The position numbers and the translations under genes were made by a program. Below are positions 1 to 11,790 of a stretch of DNA of 64,000 bases, piece by piece. Below the pieces are notes generated by a model that was given only the letters and a program-made list of their open reading frames with translations, made no database searches and was not told where the DNA came from. The DNA lies in contig CM075988.1 of NCBI GenBank assembly GCA_038087875.1, forward strand, positions 16,742,001-16,806,000. The letters are read 5' to 3'. Positions within the stretch are counted from its first letter, which is position 1. Every line of letters begins with the position of its first letter. The stretch is from Malacoraja senta (Eukaryota).

Positions 1-19
1 GCAACTCGAATCAAAATGT

Positions 20-213
20 ACAGAAAGGAATTGCAGATGCTGGTTCATACCAAAGTTAGACACAACGTGCTGGCTGGAGTGGGTCTCAGGCAGCATCTCT
101 GGAGAAAAAGGATCAGTCTCAGAAAGGGTTTCGACCCGAAACGTCACCTATCCTGTTTCTCCAGAGACGCTGCTGACCCACTGAGTCACTCCAGCACTTT
201 GTGTCTATCTTCA
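20..213. mobile_element. Short PLE-derived unit, inverted pair, degenerate hammerhead motif
   Basis: Family motifs gaattgcagatgctgg / gggtttcgacccgaaacgtcacc / ctgagtcactccagcac; flanked by direct repeat aatcaaaatgt (9-19, 214-224). Confidence 0.75.
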
Positions 214-692
214 AATCAAAATGTCACCTGTTGCGGACAGCAAAACCGCATCTCCTAGGTGGTGGCTTTTTCTGAACTGATTACCGAAGCTTAATCCAAA
301 TCAGACAAAAAAATGGGAGCATGTCCACCAACACAAGCCTCCTGCGAGAGCTTAGGATATAAATGTTACTGGGCCCTGCCTCCGTCTAACCAACAATGAC
401 AGGCAAATCCCCTCAAGCTGCTGTGGCCAGTCCTCCTGTCATCTGCAGGCAGTTGATGGCTCTTTTGGTGTGTCCCTCCTTTGGATCACTCCCCCATGAT
501 GGATGGGGCAACATTTACATTCCACGAGCCTTTCAGACTGATAGGATACAAATTATTCATTTGTCACAGCTGCTGCTCAGGCAAGCAGGCCCATATTCCA
601 CCAGCTGCCACTGCACTCTGCATCTCTGGTGTTCTTTCTGAAGTGCTGGATATTAGACAGTAATTAGATTTAGGAAGAGAAATAAGTCCATC

Positions 693-706
693 ATCGCCAT
701 GGCAAC
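693..706. promoter_or_regulatory. Candidate RFX X-box
   Basis: ATCGCCATGGCAAC versus palindromic consensus GTTGCCATGGCAAC, inside a repeat-free stretch. Confidence 0.3.
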
Positions 707-1668
707 CAGAGGAGGGTTCATAATTCATACGGTCCCTGGGAGAACTAGCGAGCCTGTGAAACCCAGAACCCTGACTCGTACAGAGACATGGAGATGGATA
801 GCGGTCGTGGTGGGAGGTGGGGAGGTGGGGGGGGAGGATATCAGGCTGATTAATAATGATGGGAGGGAGGGAGGGGGGGGGGACAGCAAAATATCTGGAC
901 ATCTCCCTACATTAGGGAGGCAGGGAATGCAATTTCTGATAAGGAACCTCGGCAAGAGGGAGCAGTGAAGGAAATCCTGGCTGCTTTCTCCTGAGCATAC
1001 ATGGGTGATTAGAACAGGTATCTGAATTATAAGGTGGAAAGTTTTTAAAGAATCATCAAGGATGTGACTGTATTGTGAGTGCATATCAATGTTGTTATCT
1101 TTGATGCAACCAAGTCATGAAAACCCCACAGGCAGGGAAACCGTTCTCCTGACACAACATTCCCAGCTGCACGGGAGAAAATTCCTCAGCTATTAAACTG
1201 CTTAAAGTTACACTGAGGAGCACAAAGGGAACCAACAGCCATTTTAGCTTGCCTCCCTCATGTCGTGGGTTTTGCTAACACTAGTGGGCTTCATTGCAGG
1301 CCTATCTCCCCTCCCCCGCCACCCACCAGAGCCATAAATCACCATCATCCACTTTTAGGGGGAAGACCCATGTGTCAATAACCTTTCAACAAACACCTGT
1401 CCCACAATAGCTTTTAAAATTCCTTTCCTCCACCTCGGTCCAAGGATATGGGCTTCAGTCACTGCTGTTCCGTGCGGTACAACTCAGCAGTGGTTCATTT
1501 AGTTTGCTTTAGATTTTACTGAGTCGGACTTGTGTAGGGGAGAGGCCACTCACTCAACATGGTCAAGCACTTTGTGTCCTTTTGTGTAAACCAGCATCTC
1601 CAGTTCTTTGTTTCTACATTTTAACCGCACCCCTGCAAAATCTCCACGAGATACGCTTACTTTGAAGA

Positions 1669-1800
1669 ATCTGAAGAAAGGTCCCAAATCGAAACGTCAC
1701 CTATCCATATTCTCTGGAGTTGCCGCCTGTCCCCCTGAGTTACTCCAGCACTTTCTGTCTTTTTGTGTAAACCCGCATCTGCAGTTCCTTATTTCTACAT
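1669..1800 (+). mobile_element. Short PLE-derived unit (degenerate hammerhead)
   Basis: ctgaagaaaggtcc...gaaacgtcacc...gagttactccagcac...gcatctgcagttcc. Confidence 0.7.
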
Positions 1801-2269
1801 GGTCAGATACTTATTGTTGGACCTTCCACTGAAGTGCATCCTCTCTGCTATCTGCCTTCTGCAATTTTACTTACTCCTAGCTTCAATATTCATGCAGGGA
1901 TTTACCCTTTAAACATGAATAAACAGCAAAGTTGAGAATCTTCCATTCTCCTCAGTAATGCTTAATGCAGTTCACTTCTCTCCCTCTGTTTCTGCCTTGC
2001 CCAAGTCATTAAATGCAACTGGTCTTGGGAACTGTGTTGTCAATGCTCCATGGATCAAAATGAAACATCAAACATAGAAAAGTACGGCTCAGGAACAGGC
2101 CCTTCGGCCCACATTGTCTGTGCTGGCCATAATGCTGAAATAAACCTATCTCATCGGTCTGCACATGATCCATCTCCTCCATTCCATTCTTATCCATGTT
2201 CCTCCTCATATTGTAACATTGCTCTTATCTGTGCCATGACTGGGGTGAAGTATCACCGTAACGTGAGGG

Positions 2270-2358
2270 ACACAAAAAGCTGGAGTAACTCAGTGGGACA
2301 GGCAGCATCTCTGGAGAGAACGAATGGGTGACGTTTCGGTTCAAGACCCTTCTTCAGA
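2270..2358 (-). mobile_element. Short PLE-derived unit
   Basis: gctggagtaactcag...gggtgacgtttcggttcaagacccttcttcag is the reverse complement of the family motif. Confidence 0.7.
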
Positions 2359-3690
2359 TTTGCCCTGTTCTGAGCAAAAAAACACACTGATGGAATCCAC
2401 TTGAGATAGTAGACGGCAACCTGGTTTAATATTTCCCCGGACTCAGTGTTCCTCCCTCAGTACTGCATTGCCGTAGAATGTTGTACTTACATCTCTGGAG
2501 TGGGCCCTGATCATGACGTACTGACTCATATAATTAATGCGTCGACCTATGAAAGCAAGCATAAGACATGCTGTCTTTACCACCCCATCTACTTGCGTTG
2601 CCACTTTTCAGGAAGTTAAAGTTATGGAGTTGGGATGTGGGAGGAAATCCTGGGAAACCAACAAGGGCACAAGGAGAACACGCAAACTCCTCACCAACAG
2701 CGTCTGAGGTCAGAACCAAGACCAGGGTCGCCGAATTAATGGCTGTACAACTCCCCAGAAATGGAGAGGAGTGGAATTACCCTGCGTACAGGTGCCTTGT
2801 GTGAAGTTTAAGGAATATTAATATTGAATGTTCTCTGTATTTGCTACCCAAGGAGATGTCACCTATGCACAACCTATGGACAACTAAGGCAATCAAATGA
2901 ACAGAAATGGACACAGGAATTGGGGACACATAAGACCTCTGGAGGCTGACCATGAATTCTGCCTGCTGATAATTGCACCGCTACAAAACTGGCCACGCCG
3001 TTTCATTTGTGACATTCGTGCAATTTATTCACAGGCTCTATAAATTCCAAGGAATTTTCAGCAGTGCAAGTCAATTTTCTGCCATCTTATTGCAATTTCT
3101 TTACACTGGAAGAGACCTTTCTCTCACCAAGTCCTGCACGGCATATAATACAATTTTCATGTTACAATAAGAGCTTTCCCAATTGCATTTATTAAAACAT
3201 GTAACTTCTTGCATTTAATGTATAAGTGTCTTCACATTCTCCTCTGCTTCTGAAATTCAGCTCCATGGCACAAGCAAACCAAATTTCAGTAGAGTCCAAA
3301 TAATGCACAGCTGTGAGTACATTGAAGATTTAATACAAGCAACTGAGATAAAAGCAGTGAGCTTGCCAGTTCCAATAGAGTCAAGAGTGTTTTATTGTCA
3401 TATGTCCCAGATAGAACAATTAAATTATAACTTGCAACAGCACGACAGAATATGTAAACTTAGTACACTATAACAAATATAATAAACAAGAGAGAAATTT
3501 TAAAAAATGATCAAAGGATAAACATTGTCCATGTTACGCTCTTGCTGATCTCCTAATGTTGACCCGAGAGGGCAGTTGCAAATTGGATTTAACATTACAC
3601 TTGACAGGGATAGAACACGTTGACTGCTGCACTTGTAATGGGTCCACTCTGCATCTTTCTTCCCGGAAAACAAACCAATTGGTGAGGGTG

Positions 3691-3819
3691 TTTAAGAAGG
3701 AGTTGCAGATGCTGGATAATCAAAGGTAGACAAAAATGCTGGAGAAACTCAGCGGGTGCGGCAGCATCTATGGACCGAAGGAAATAGGCAACGTTTTGGG
3801 TCGAAACTCTTGTTCAGAC
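3691..3819 (-). mobile_element. Short PLE-derived unit with 13-bp TSD
   Basis: Family sequence flanked by attggtgagggtg (3678-3690, 3820-3832). Confidence 0.85.
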
Positions 3820-4354
3820 ATTGGTGAGGGTGATATTTGATCCCGGGATGATTTGTCTTCAGGACCTGAATATTTCTACTTGTGTTCACTTTCAGGGATT
3901 TATAGTTATGGACGGGATGTGGAAGGAAATCCAGGGAAACCAACAAGGGTACAAGGAGAACATGCAAACTCTGCACTAACAGCATCTGAGGACAGAACAA
4001 AACCAGGGTCGCTGGGGCTGTGAGACAGCAGAATTGTTGGCTGCACAACTCCCCTGACATGGAGAGGAGCGGAGTTACCCTCAGTACGGGTGCCTTGTAT
4101 AGCAATTTAGAAATAACAGGAGCTATTTGTTCTCTAAAGGCTGATTCGACATTCATCCTCAACTCCAGGTATCTGCCTTTGATCTCCCTGGATGACTACA
4201 CCTAACCCACAAAAGGTCTGACTGACCATCAGTACCCAGACCAGGAGTGCTCCTGCTATTCATTATCCATGGTTGCATGAGGAAAGAATGAACATGATAC
4301 AGGAAGCCACTGATGATGGTGGAACATCAAACCAGCAGGCATTGTTCCAACTAC

Positions 4355-4457
4355 GGACGGCACAGTGGCGCAGCGGTAGAGTTGCTGCCTTACAGCGCCA
4401 GAGACCCGGGTTCGATCCTGACCACGGGCGCTGTCTGTACGGAGTTTGTACGTTCTC
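4355..4457 (+). mobile_element. tRNA-derived V-SINE (HE1-like), 5' half, interrupted
   Basis: A box tggcgcagcgg, B box ggttcgatcc; body resumes at about 5498. Confidence 0.85.
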
Positions 4458-4476
4458 CGTACAAACTCCGTTCTCC

Positions 4477-5500
4477 GTTCCGGAAGTGGCGGCGCTGTCG
4501 TACAGCAGCGGCTCGCCTGCAGTCCGTCTGTTTTTACTTTTTTTGTTGTTTTCTTTTATCCTGTTTCAGCTAAATTTTAGTTTATTGGGTTGTGTATGTG
4601 TGGGGTGGGGGGGGTGGGGGGGTGAAACATGACTTTTGTCTCTTCCTTCGGGGGAATGCGACTTTTTCTTGTCGTGTCCCCCTTCTCTGCCTCCGTCTGC
4701 GCTGAGGCCAAAATGGCGGAGCTGCCGGCCTCCAACTCCAACTGCGAGCGACCGACCGACCTCGAGGCTCCGGAGGCAGAGCCAGGACTTACCAGCGCGA
4801 GGCTGGCCAACTTCGGGGCTGTGGTGGCATTCTGGCGGTGGCGGTGGCGTTCCGGCGGTGGCGACCGAGGACACTGGTGGCGACCTGAATCCGGAGGCTC
4901 GGCCGCGGGCCCGGTGGACGACATCTTCGGGAGCGCGAGGCTGGCCGGCTTCGGGGCTGCGGTGGCGTTCCGGCGGTGGCGGTGGCGTTCCGGCGGTGGC
5001 GACCGAGGACACTGGTGGCGACCTGAATCCGGAGGCTCGGCCGCGGGCCCAGTGGACGACATCGTCGGGAGCGCGCAGGTCACAGGTTGGTGACCTGTTT
5101 TTCTGGGGCTCCCGCAACTACAGCTGCGTCCGCTGGATTGGAGGGCGGCAGCTTCGGCAGCTTCGACCACCCCGGGCCGCGGAGTTTGAACCGGCCCGTC
5201 GCGGAGCACGGATTCGGCCGCTGGACTGGCTTACCGTCGCCCGGCGGGGCCACAGCATCAGAAGCCTGGATCGCCTCAGCGCAGAGGGAGAAGAAAGCGG
5301 GAAGAGACAGAGACTTTAAGACTTTTGCCTCCATCACAGTGAGGAGGTACCTGGTGAAACTGTGGTGGATGTTAATTTGTGTTTATTGTGTGTTTTGTCA
5401 TTTATTGTTATATGTATGACTGCAGGCAACGAAATTTCGTTCAGACCGAAAGGTCTGAATGACAAATAAAGGAATCTCTAAATCTCTAAATCTCTAATCT
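4477..5500 (+). mobile_element. Young GC-rich non-autonomous retroposon inserted into a SINE
   Basis: CpG-rich body; 138-bp tandem repeat; 3' hairpin TTCAGACC-GAAA-GGTCTGAA, AATAAA and (ATCTCTAA)n tail; the host SINE is split around it. Confidence 0.75.
4794..5075 (+). repeat. 138-bp tandem repeat, two copies
   Basis: agcgcg starts at 4794, 4932 and 5070; near-identical units. Confidence 0.9.
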
Positions 5501-5700
5501 CTCCCTGTGATATGCGTGTGTTTTCTCCGGAGTGCTCCGGTTTAACATACTCCAAAGTCGTATAGGTTTCTGGGTTAATTGGCTTCGGTAAAATTGTAAA
5601 TTGTCCCTGGTGTGTGTGGGATAGTGTTAGTGTGCGGGGACTCGGTGTGGCGAAGGGACAGTTTCTGCGCTGGATCTCTAAACTAAACTAAACCAAACTA
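5498..5700 (+). mobile_element. V-SINE 3' half
   Basis: tctccctgtga...gtaaattgtccct...tctctaaactaaactaaa tail. Confidence 0.8.
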
Positions 5701-7369
5701 CGAGGACAATGGAGGCACAAGGAACTGCAGATACTAGAACCTTGCACAGAACACAAAGAACTACAGTCTGAAGAGGTGAACTCCATTGGCTGTGAAGTGT
5801 TCAGCAATGTGCTGAAATGGATGCATATGCCCAGGAACGAAGGGGAATACAAAAAGTGGTGAACACTGCCTGGTCCATTACAAGTGCTGCACTCCCCACT
5901 ATAAAAGGGATCTATGGAAGACACTAACATTGTTCTTTTATTTATTACACTTTTTTTTGGTTTCTTTATTATGTTATCTATTGAGTACAATGTTTACAGA
6001 TCTGTTATGCTGCTACAAGTAAGAACTTCATTGTTCTGTTGCGGTAAATATGACAATTAAACACTTGATTCTTGAAAGATGGAGGTTATGGGCTGATAGA
6101 GTTACAATTGCATGGAAATAGACCCTTCGGCCCCTCATCCATGCCTCCGAACAGATACCGTATAACCCAAACCGCATTTAACGCTTTCCCTGAATACAAA
6201 GGGGAAGGGGAAAAAAAGCCTCAGATGCAACAAATTTTAATTGAGAAAAATCCAATGGAAATCTGACAAAATACTAACTCTCCCCCTCAGATGCTGAATG
6301 ACCTGCAATACCTTTTTCCAATAACCATTTCTGTGGGAGTCTTGCTCATGCGGTTCTCTTGTGTAAATGTAACTACCTGTTTTTAAACAGACACAGCAAG
6401 AAAAATGTTTTTCCTTGGAATGAAATTCACGCTCCCTGGCTTCTACTGCCTTGACTTCTTTCCGCATCTCGTTTTGCTTTGGTCAATGATGCCCTCTTTG
6501 CCATATGACCCTCTCCCGATCGCGCACATACATAATGACTGGCAGTCACGGCATACCACAGCTCTGGCAGCCGTGAATTGCAATTCCTTTGCCAGTAAAG
6601 CATGTAGGGTTATTTTAATCCTCGAATGCTCTGCTTACAAAAGCATTAAAGATGCGATTATAAATATAATGCAGCGGAGCCATCTGAAAATGAGGATTTA
6701 TGTTCCGCTCAAGAGATTGAAAGGGGAATACATTGTAGCCGTGGTGTACCCCAACAAGCAGAGACGCTAACTGTGGGGAGCATTCAGTCTGCATGACATG
6801 CATGCATTGGCATAGTGTTTGTGTCTGTGAATGATACATAACTGATGGAAACACAATCAGATACAAGCTCATAATCATCATCTGCTTAGCATGGAGGCCG
6901 CATACTATGCTGTCGCATTGCATTTGCTCTTCCGCCTCAATGCAATGCAAGGTTTCAGTGACGTTTACTGCAGAGCTTCATGCCTATGCACCGACATGCA
7001 CATTAACTCAGAGCAACTGGGGTTGACATGACAGAGTTCTTGAAGATCATTGAAGGAGTGTGCCGGGCTGGACACAGGCAACGGGTCTCCACATGCAGGA
7101 GGAGGGAGAGGGGGGGGAGGGGGGAAGTCCCAAACCAGGGATCGTCAACCGTAACACAGTCACAAACATGGAGATTAAATGATAAAACAACATAGAGCAG
7201 TTAGAATGTGGATCCGTCTGGAGAAGGGTCCCGATCCCAAACATCACCTATCCATGTTCTCCAGGGATGCTATCTTTCAGGTTGAAGACACTTGGTTTTG
7301 TGAAACATTGGCTCCCTTCCTGTGCAGAAACTTGTGGAAACATGAAATGGCAGCCAAATCCCAAAGAAA

Positions 7370-7728
7370 GAAAGAACTTGCATTCAAATAGCGCCTTTAT
7401 CAGCCTTAGAATGGATCAGAATGCTTGCAGCCTGCGTAAAGTGTGGTTCGAGCTGTAATGTAGGAGACAAAGAAGCTAGTTTGAGCAGGAAGCTTCCATA
7501 AAGGTTAATGTGGTTCTAGTCCGATCATCTGTTATAATGTTGTTAGTAAAGGGATAATTGGTGGCCTGACATTAAGGGGAACTCTCCTGGATTCCTTCAA
7601 ATAATGATATTGGAACCTTTGCTTTCATTCGTGAGAGCAAAAATTATCTCAATTTAACCCCAGATTATCCAACACACACTCAGTGCTACGCTGAAGAGTT
7701 GCTACAATTATGCCCTTGAGCCTCTATG
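7370..7728 (-). mobile_element. Ancient Deu-domain SINE relic
   Basis: Resembles, from memory, DeuSINE/SacSINE1 reverse strand: aacttgcatt..atagcgccttt...ggggaactctcctg..tccttcaaataatg...ctcagtgctacgctgaagagt. Confidence 0.55.
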
Positions 7729-8001
7729 GTTCAGTTTAGTATATTATCGCATGTACCGAGGTACAGTGAAAAGCTTTTGTTGCGTGCTCGCCAGTCAGCG
7801 GAAAGACAATACATGATCACAATTGAGCCATTTATAGATACATGATAAGGGAATAACATTTATTGCAAAGTAAAACAAGAAAAGTCCGATCAATGATAGT
7901 CCGAGGGTCACCAATGAGGTAGATAGTAGTTCAGCACTGCTCTCAAGTTGTAGTAGGATGATTCAGTTGCCTGATAACAGCTGGGAAGAAACTGTCCCTG
8001 A
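7729..8001 (-). mobile_element. Rex/Babar-type LINE 3' end
   Basis: gtaccgaggtacagtgaaaagcttttgttgc...agctgggaagaaactgtccctg; the same 3' end follows Rex-type ORF ends at 46025 and 58235. Confidence 0.7.
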
Positions 8002-8052
8002 CTGATGACAGTTCAATTGCACAAGGCCAAGTCACCCAGCCTGAAATATCTT

Positions 8053-8325
8053 TAGTTTCAGTTTAGTTTAGTTTCGGGAAACAGCACGGAAACAGGCCCT
8101 TCGGCCCACCGAGTCCATGCCGACCAGCGATCTCCGTACACTAGCACAATCCTACACGCTAGGGACAATTTATGATTTTTATTGAAGCCAAATTTGCCTA
8201 CAAACCTGTACATTTTTGAAATGTGAGAGGAAACCCGAGCACCTGGAGAAAACCCACACAGTCACAGGAAGAATGTACAAACTCCGTACAGACAGCAGCT
8301 ATAGTCAGGATCAAACCCGGGTCTG
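8053..8325 (-). mobile_element. V-SINE
   Basis: (TTTAG)n tail, aaacaggcccttcggcccacc, V-domain reverse complement. Confidence 0.85.
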
Positions 8326-9555
8326 TGGGGGTCCTTGGGGTGACCATGGGGAATTGGGGATACTCTGTAAACAGGGTTATCTGCACAATGAGTGAATCGG
8401 GAATCGAGTGTGAGAGTGAGAACACAGACAAAGCAGTTGTGAAATGCAGAGCAGGAAGATTACTGGCAGATCAGGCTGGGCATGTCATCCACTCCCCGTG
8501 GAAAACAAGGAATAACAGGATGGAAAAAACCAAGGTGGGCCTATATCATGGATGGACGACATACAGGCTGGGAAGTTATTCTTGCAATGGGCCTGATTAT
8601 AACAGTGCAGGAAACAGCAGACTGATAGGGAAGAGTGGAAGTGGGATGAATTAAAGAGTCAAGGAACGGGAAGCTTTGGACTGAAAGTTGGTAGTTGGCA
8701 AAGTGATCTGCGTTTGGTACCTTCAACGTAGAAGAGACCACATCTTGAACACCAGGTGATTGGATTCCAACACCATTGGACTGGAAGCAGCTGAACACCC
8801 ATTTTGCTGCCAGGATGGTGAAAAGGGGAGAACAGAAGTCTCGTATCATCCGCAGATGCAGGGCAAAGTGCCACGAGAAGCAAGCGGTAGTGAGAATGCA
8901 AGAGTTGACCGGGGAGTCGCAAAATGAACAGACCTTGCGAATGCTAAAAGGAGAGGAGAGGAGAGGGAAAGAGGTGCCTGGTGTTGGAATCTCTTTCAAT
9001 GTGGTATCAACCGCGGAGAATGATGTGTTGAATGCAGAGCTCGGTGGGGTGGATGATGGATGATGAACGGGGGAACTCTGTTCTTGTTCTGTCACGGAGA
9101 AGAGGAGCCGAGAGCAGTGGTGCAGGAAGAGTTTCGTTAACGATGGTAGAGGAGGAGCTGTTGTCCAGGAAGAAGTTTTGGAACAAATACGACGGAGATT
9201 GAGGAACTGGAAGAATGGAATGGAGTCGTTACAGAAGGAAGGGTGGGAGGTCGAGTGGTTGAGATAGTTGTGGGAGCCAGTGGGCTTATCAGGGTTATTA
9301 GTAGCTAGCCTATCACTTGAAGGTGGAGAAGGTAGAAAGATACAGAAAAAGAAAGAACGATTCTGAGATGTGATGGTGAGGGATGGAACTTGGTAACAAA
9401 GGTAATAAAATCTGTACAGGAGGCAGCACCAAAGTAGTCATTGATATAATGGGAAAAGAGTTGAAAGTGTGTTCCTGAGTAAGACTGAAACAAAGTGTCC
9501 AATATATCCCACAAGAAGACAAGCGGAGCTTGGGCGTATACGAGTGCTGACAACT

Positions 9556-9870
9556 GGCGGCACGGTGGCGCAGCGGTAGAGTTGCTGCCTTACAGTTAAT
9601 GCAGCGCCGGAGACCCGGGTTCAATCCCGACTACGGGTGCTGTCTGTACGGAGTGTGTACGTTCTCCCCGTGACCTGCGTGGGTTTTCTCCGAGATCTTC
9701 AGTTTCCTCCCACACTCCAAAGGCGTACAGGTATGTAGGTTGATTGGCTTGGTAAATGTAAAAATTGTCCCTGGAGTGTGGGGATATGCGGGGATCGCTG
9801 GTCGGCGCAGGCCCGGTGGACGGAAGGACCTGTTTCCTCGCTGCATCTCTAAACTAAACTAAACTAACTA
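9556..9870 (+). mobile_element. V-SINE, full length, nested in PLE
   Basis: A/B boxes, V domain, (CTAAA)n tail. Confidence 0.9.
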
Positions 9871-10131
9871 CACCTCTGATCTGGAGAAAATGACTGGAGT
9901 TGGAGAAGTTGCTCAACGAGTTCATCCAGGTGAATGACTGACTTGGTGGAAGGGAACTGGTTGGGGTTCTGCCTCCAGAAAGAAGGAGAAGGCTCCTCAG
10001 ACTATCCTGATGTGCGATGGAGTATAAACGGATTGTACATCCCTCGTAAAGGTGAGCCTGTTGGAACCAAGTAATCGGGAACAGTCAACGTGGCGGAGGG
10101 CATCAGAGATATCATGGATGACTGTGGAACA

Positions 10132-10357
10132 GCATCCCAATTCCCATCAGAACTGCCCCCTCCATCGACTCCTTTAAGTCTAGACTAAAAACTTATCTGT
10201 ACTCCCAAGCCTTTCCTGACGTCCTCTGAGCGAGGGCTATATGTATATATGTATGTAGTTTGTTTGTTTATACTATTCTTATAACAAATGTAAAGCACTT
10301 TGGTCAACGAGAGTTGTTTTTTAAATGTGCTATATAAATAAATGTGACTTGACTTGA
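10132..10357 (+). mobile_element. L2 LINE 3' end
   Basis: Translates IPIPIRTAPSIDSFKSRLKTYLYSQAF (L2 C-terminal motif); tgtaaagcactttg...gctatataaataaa; (TGACT)n tail. Confidence 0.8.
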
Positions 10358-10529
10358 TGTGATAAAGGACTGGACCAATGCAGAGAGGATAGAATCAGGG
10401 TAGGAGGAAATAAAATTGAGTCTGCAAGATCAGCCTGAAAAGGCTTTGGGGAACCAAACACAGTCTGGGGGTGGGGGGTGACGGCTTTGTGGAATATCAG
10501 CATTAGGCCCACAGGGAGCTTCCCATTCA

Positions 10530-10890
10530 CTGCCATTTCACTTCCCCATCGCTCTCCCACTCTGACCTATTTGCAATGGCCTCCCACATTGTTACAATGA
10601 GATCCAATGCAGGCTTGAGAAACAACATCCCATCATTCACCAGGGTACATTGCAGCCTTTTGGACCCAATATTGAATTCCACAACTTGAGGTAATCTGAT
10701 TTCTCGGTCTGTATCCGCCCTCCATCTGTCATGTTGGCTCAGCTTGCCTCTGTATTTTTCCTTTATTTTCTCTCTGGAGGTGGAGGACACACATATGTGT
10801 GATCTCACTCTCCAAGTGCTCCCATTCACTCATTGCTCTCTTCCTACGGTTGCTGCCTGGCTTGCTGACTATTTCCGATGGTTCTGCGTT
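10530..10890 (+). mobile_element. Inverted PLE terminal segment (GIY-YIG C-terminus and pseudo-LTR relic)
   Basis: ...aatattgaattccacaacttgaggtaa resembles NIEFSQF at the end of the 53436 ORF; opposite orientation to the adjacent PLE body. Confidence 0.55.
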
Positions 10891-11224
10891 TTTATTTTAA
10901 ACTGCTGCTACTTTAGCCTACTTCAATCTGAAGCGAGAGGCACTGATCAAAGGTTTCCGAAATTTTCAGACGAAAGAATGAAGGAGGTGACAAAAACCAC
11001 AGTCGAAGTCCTTGAAAAAAAATAACTGCAGAAAACGTGGCTATTTAGTTCAGACTAGGCTTCAGCACAGAGGTTGAATGAGACTGATATTGTCAGTAAG
11101 TGTTACTTAATCGGTTTGTCAGCAATACTTCCATTGTGGATATGAAATATGAAAAATTTGAAAACAGAAATCAATAGACGTGAATTGACTTTAATGCCAC
11201 CAGTAAAACTATTTTAGCTGATAA

Positions 11225-11790
11225 GATTAAGAGTTTTGATTTGTCATATGCACTGGATATGAATCGGAACAATGAAATTCAGCTCTCTAGGCATATTAAA
11301 GGCATCAATAAACATGAGTAGGAAAGAACTGCAGATGCTGATTTAAATCGAATGTAGACACAAAATGCTGGAGTAACACTGGAGAGAAGGAATGGGTGAA
11401 GTTTGGGCTCGAGACACTTCTTCGGACAATAAACATGAAATAAGTTACCAGTTATTCTCGGTAAACTAGATCATGCTAGAGCAAGTACAAAAATACCTAG
11501 AGCAATCATAGCAATGCAAGGTTCGTAGTAGTTCGGTGCTGAGGTAGGGTTGTGGTTAGGGTTTGTGCAGGGTGGTTCAAGAACCTCGTGTTCAATGGGA
11601 AGAAGCTGTGTTTAAACCTGGAGGCAACAATTCTCAGGCTCCTTCAACTTCTTCCCCATGGTAGTGGCCATGGTGGTGAGGGACTTTGATGACATTAGCT
11701 GCCTTCTTGAGGCAGTGCTTCCTGTAGATCCCTTCGGCGTTGGGGAAGTCAATACCCATGATGAACCAGGAAGTTGCGGCAATCACGCTG
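11225..11790 (-). mobile_element. Rex/Babar LINE 3' fragment containing a PLE unit (11318-11426)
   Basis: ORF fragment DFPNAEGIYRKHCLKKAANVIKVPHH; the PLE unit is flanked by TSD caataaacatga. Confidence 0.7.

Larger units (their letters stand above)
8430..10500 (-). mobile_element. Degenerate Penelope-like element body (RT and GIY-YIG remnants), interrupted by SINE and L2
   Basis: Minus-strand fragments YINDYFGAASC (RT YxDD-like region) and PLE thumb/linker-like peptides; many frameshifts. Confidence 0.65.

Noticed and set aside
4566..5419. Six overlapping long ORFs (up to 227 aa) with a 46-aa repeat
   Set aside because: Open in nearly all frames because of high GC and the 138-bp tandem repeat; no domain signature
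9556..9630. tRNA-like sequences at SINE heads
   Set aside because: They continue into a V-domain SINE body and lack an acceptor stem and terminator; not tRNA genes
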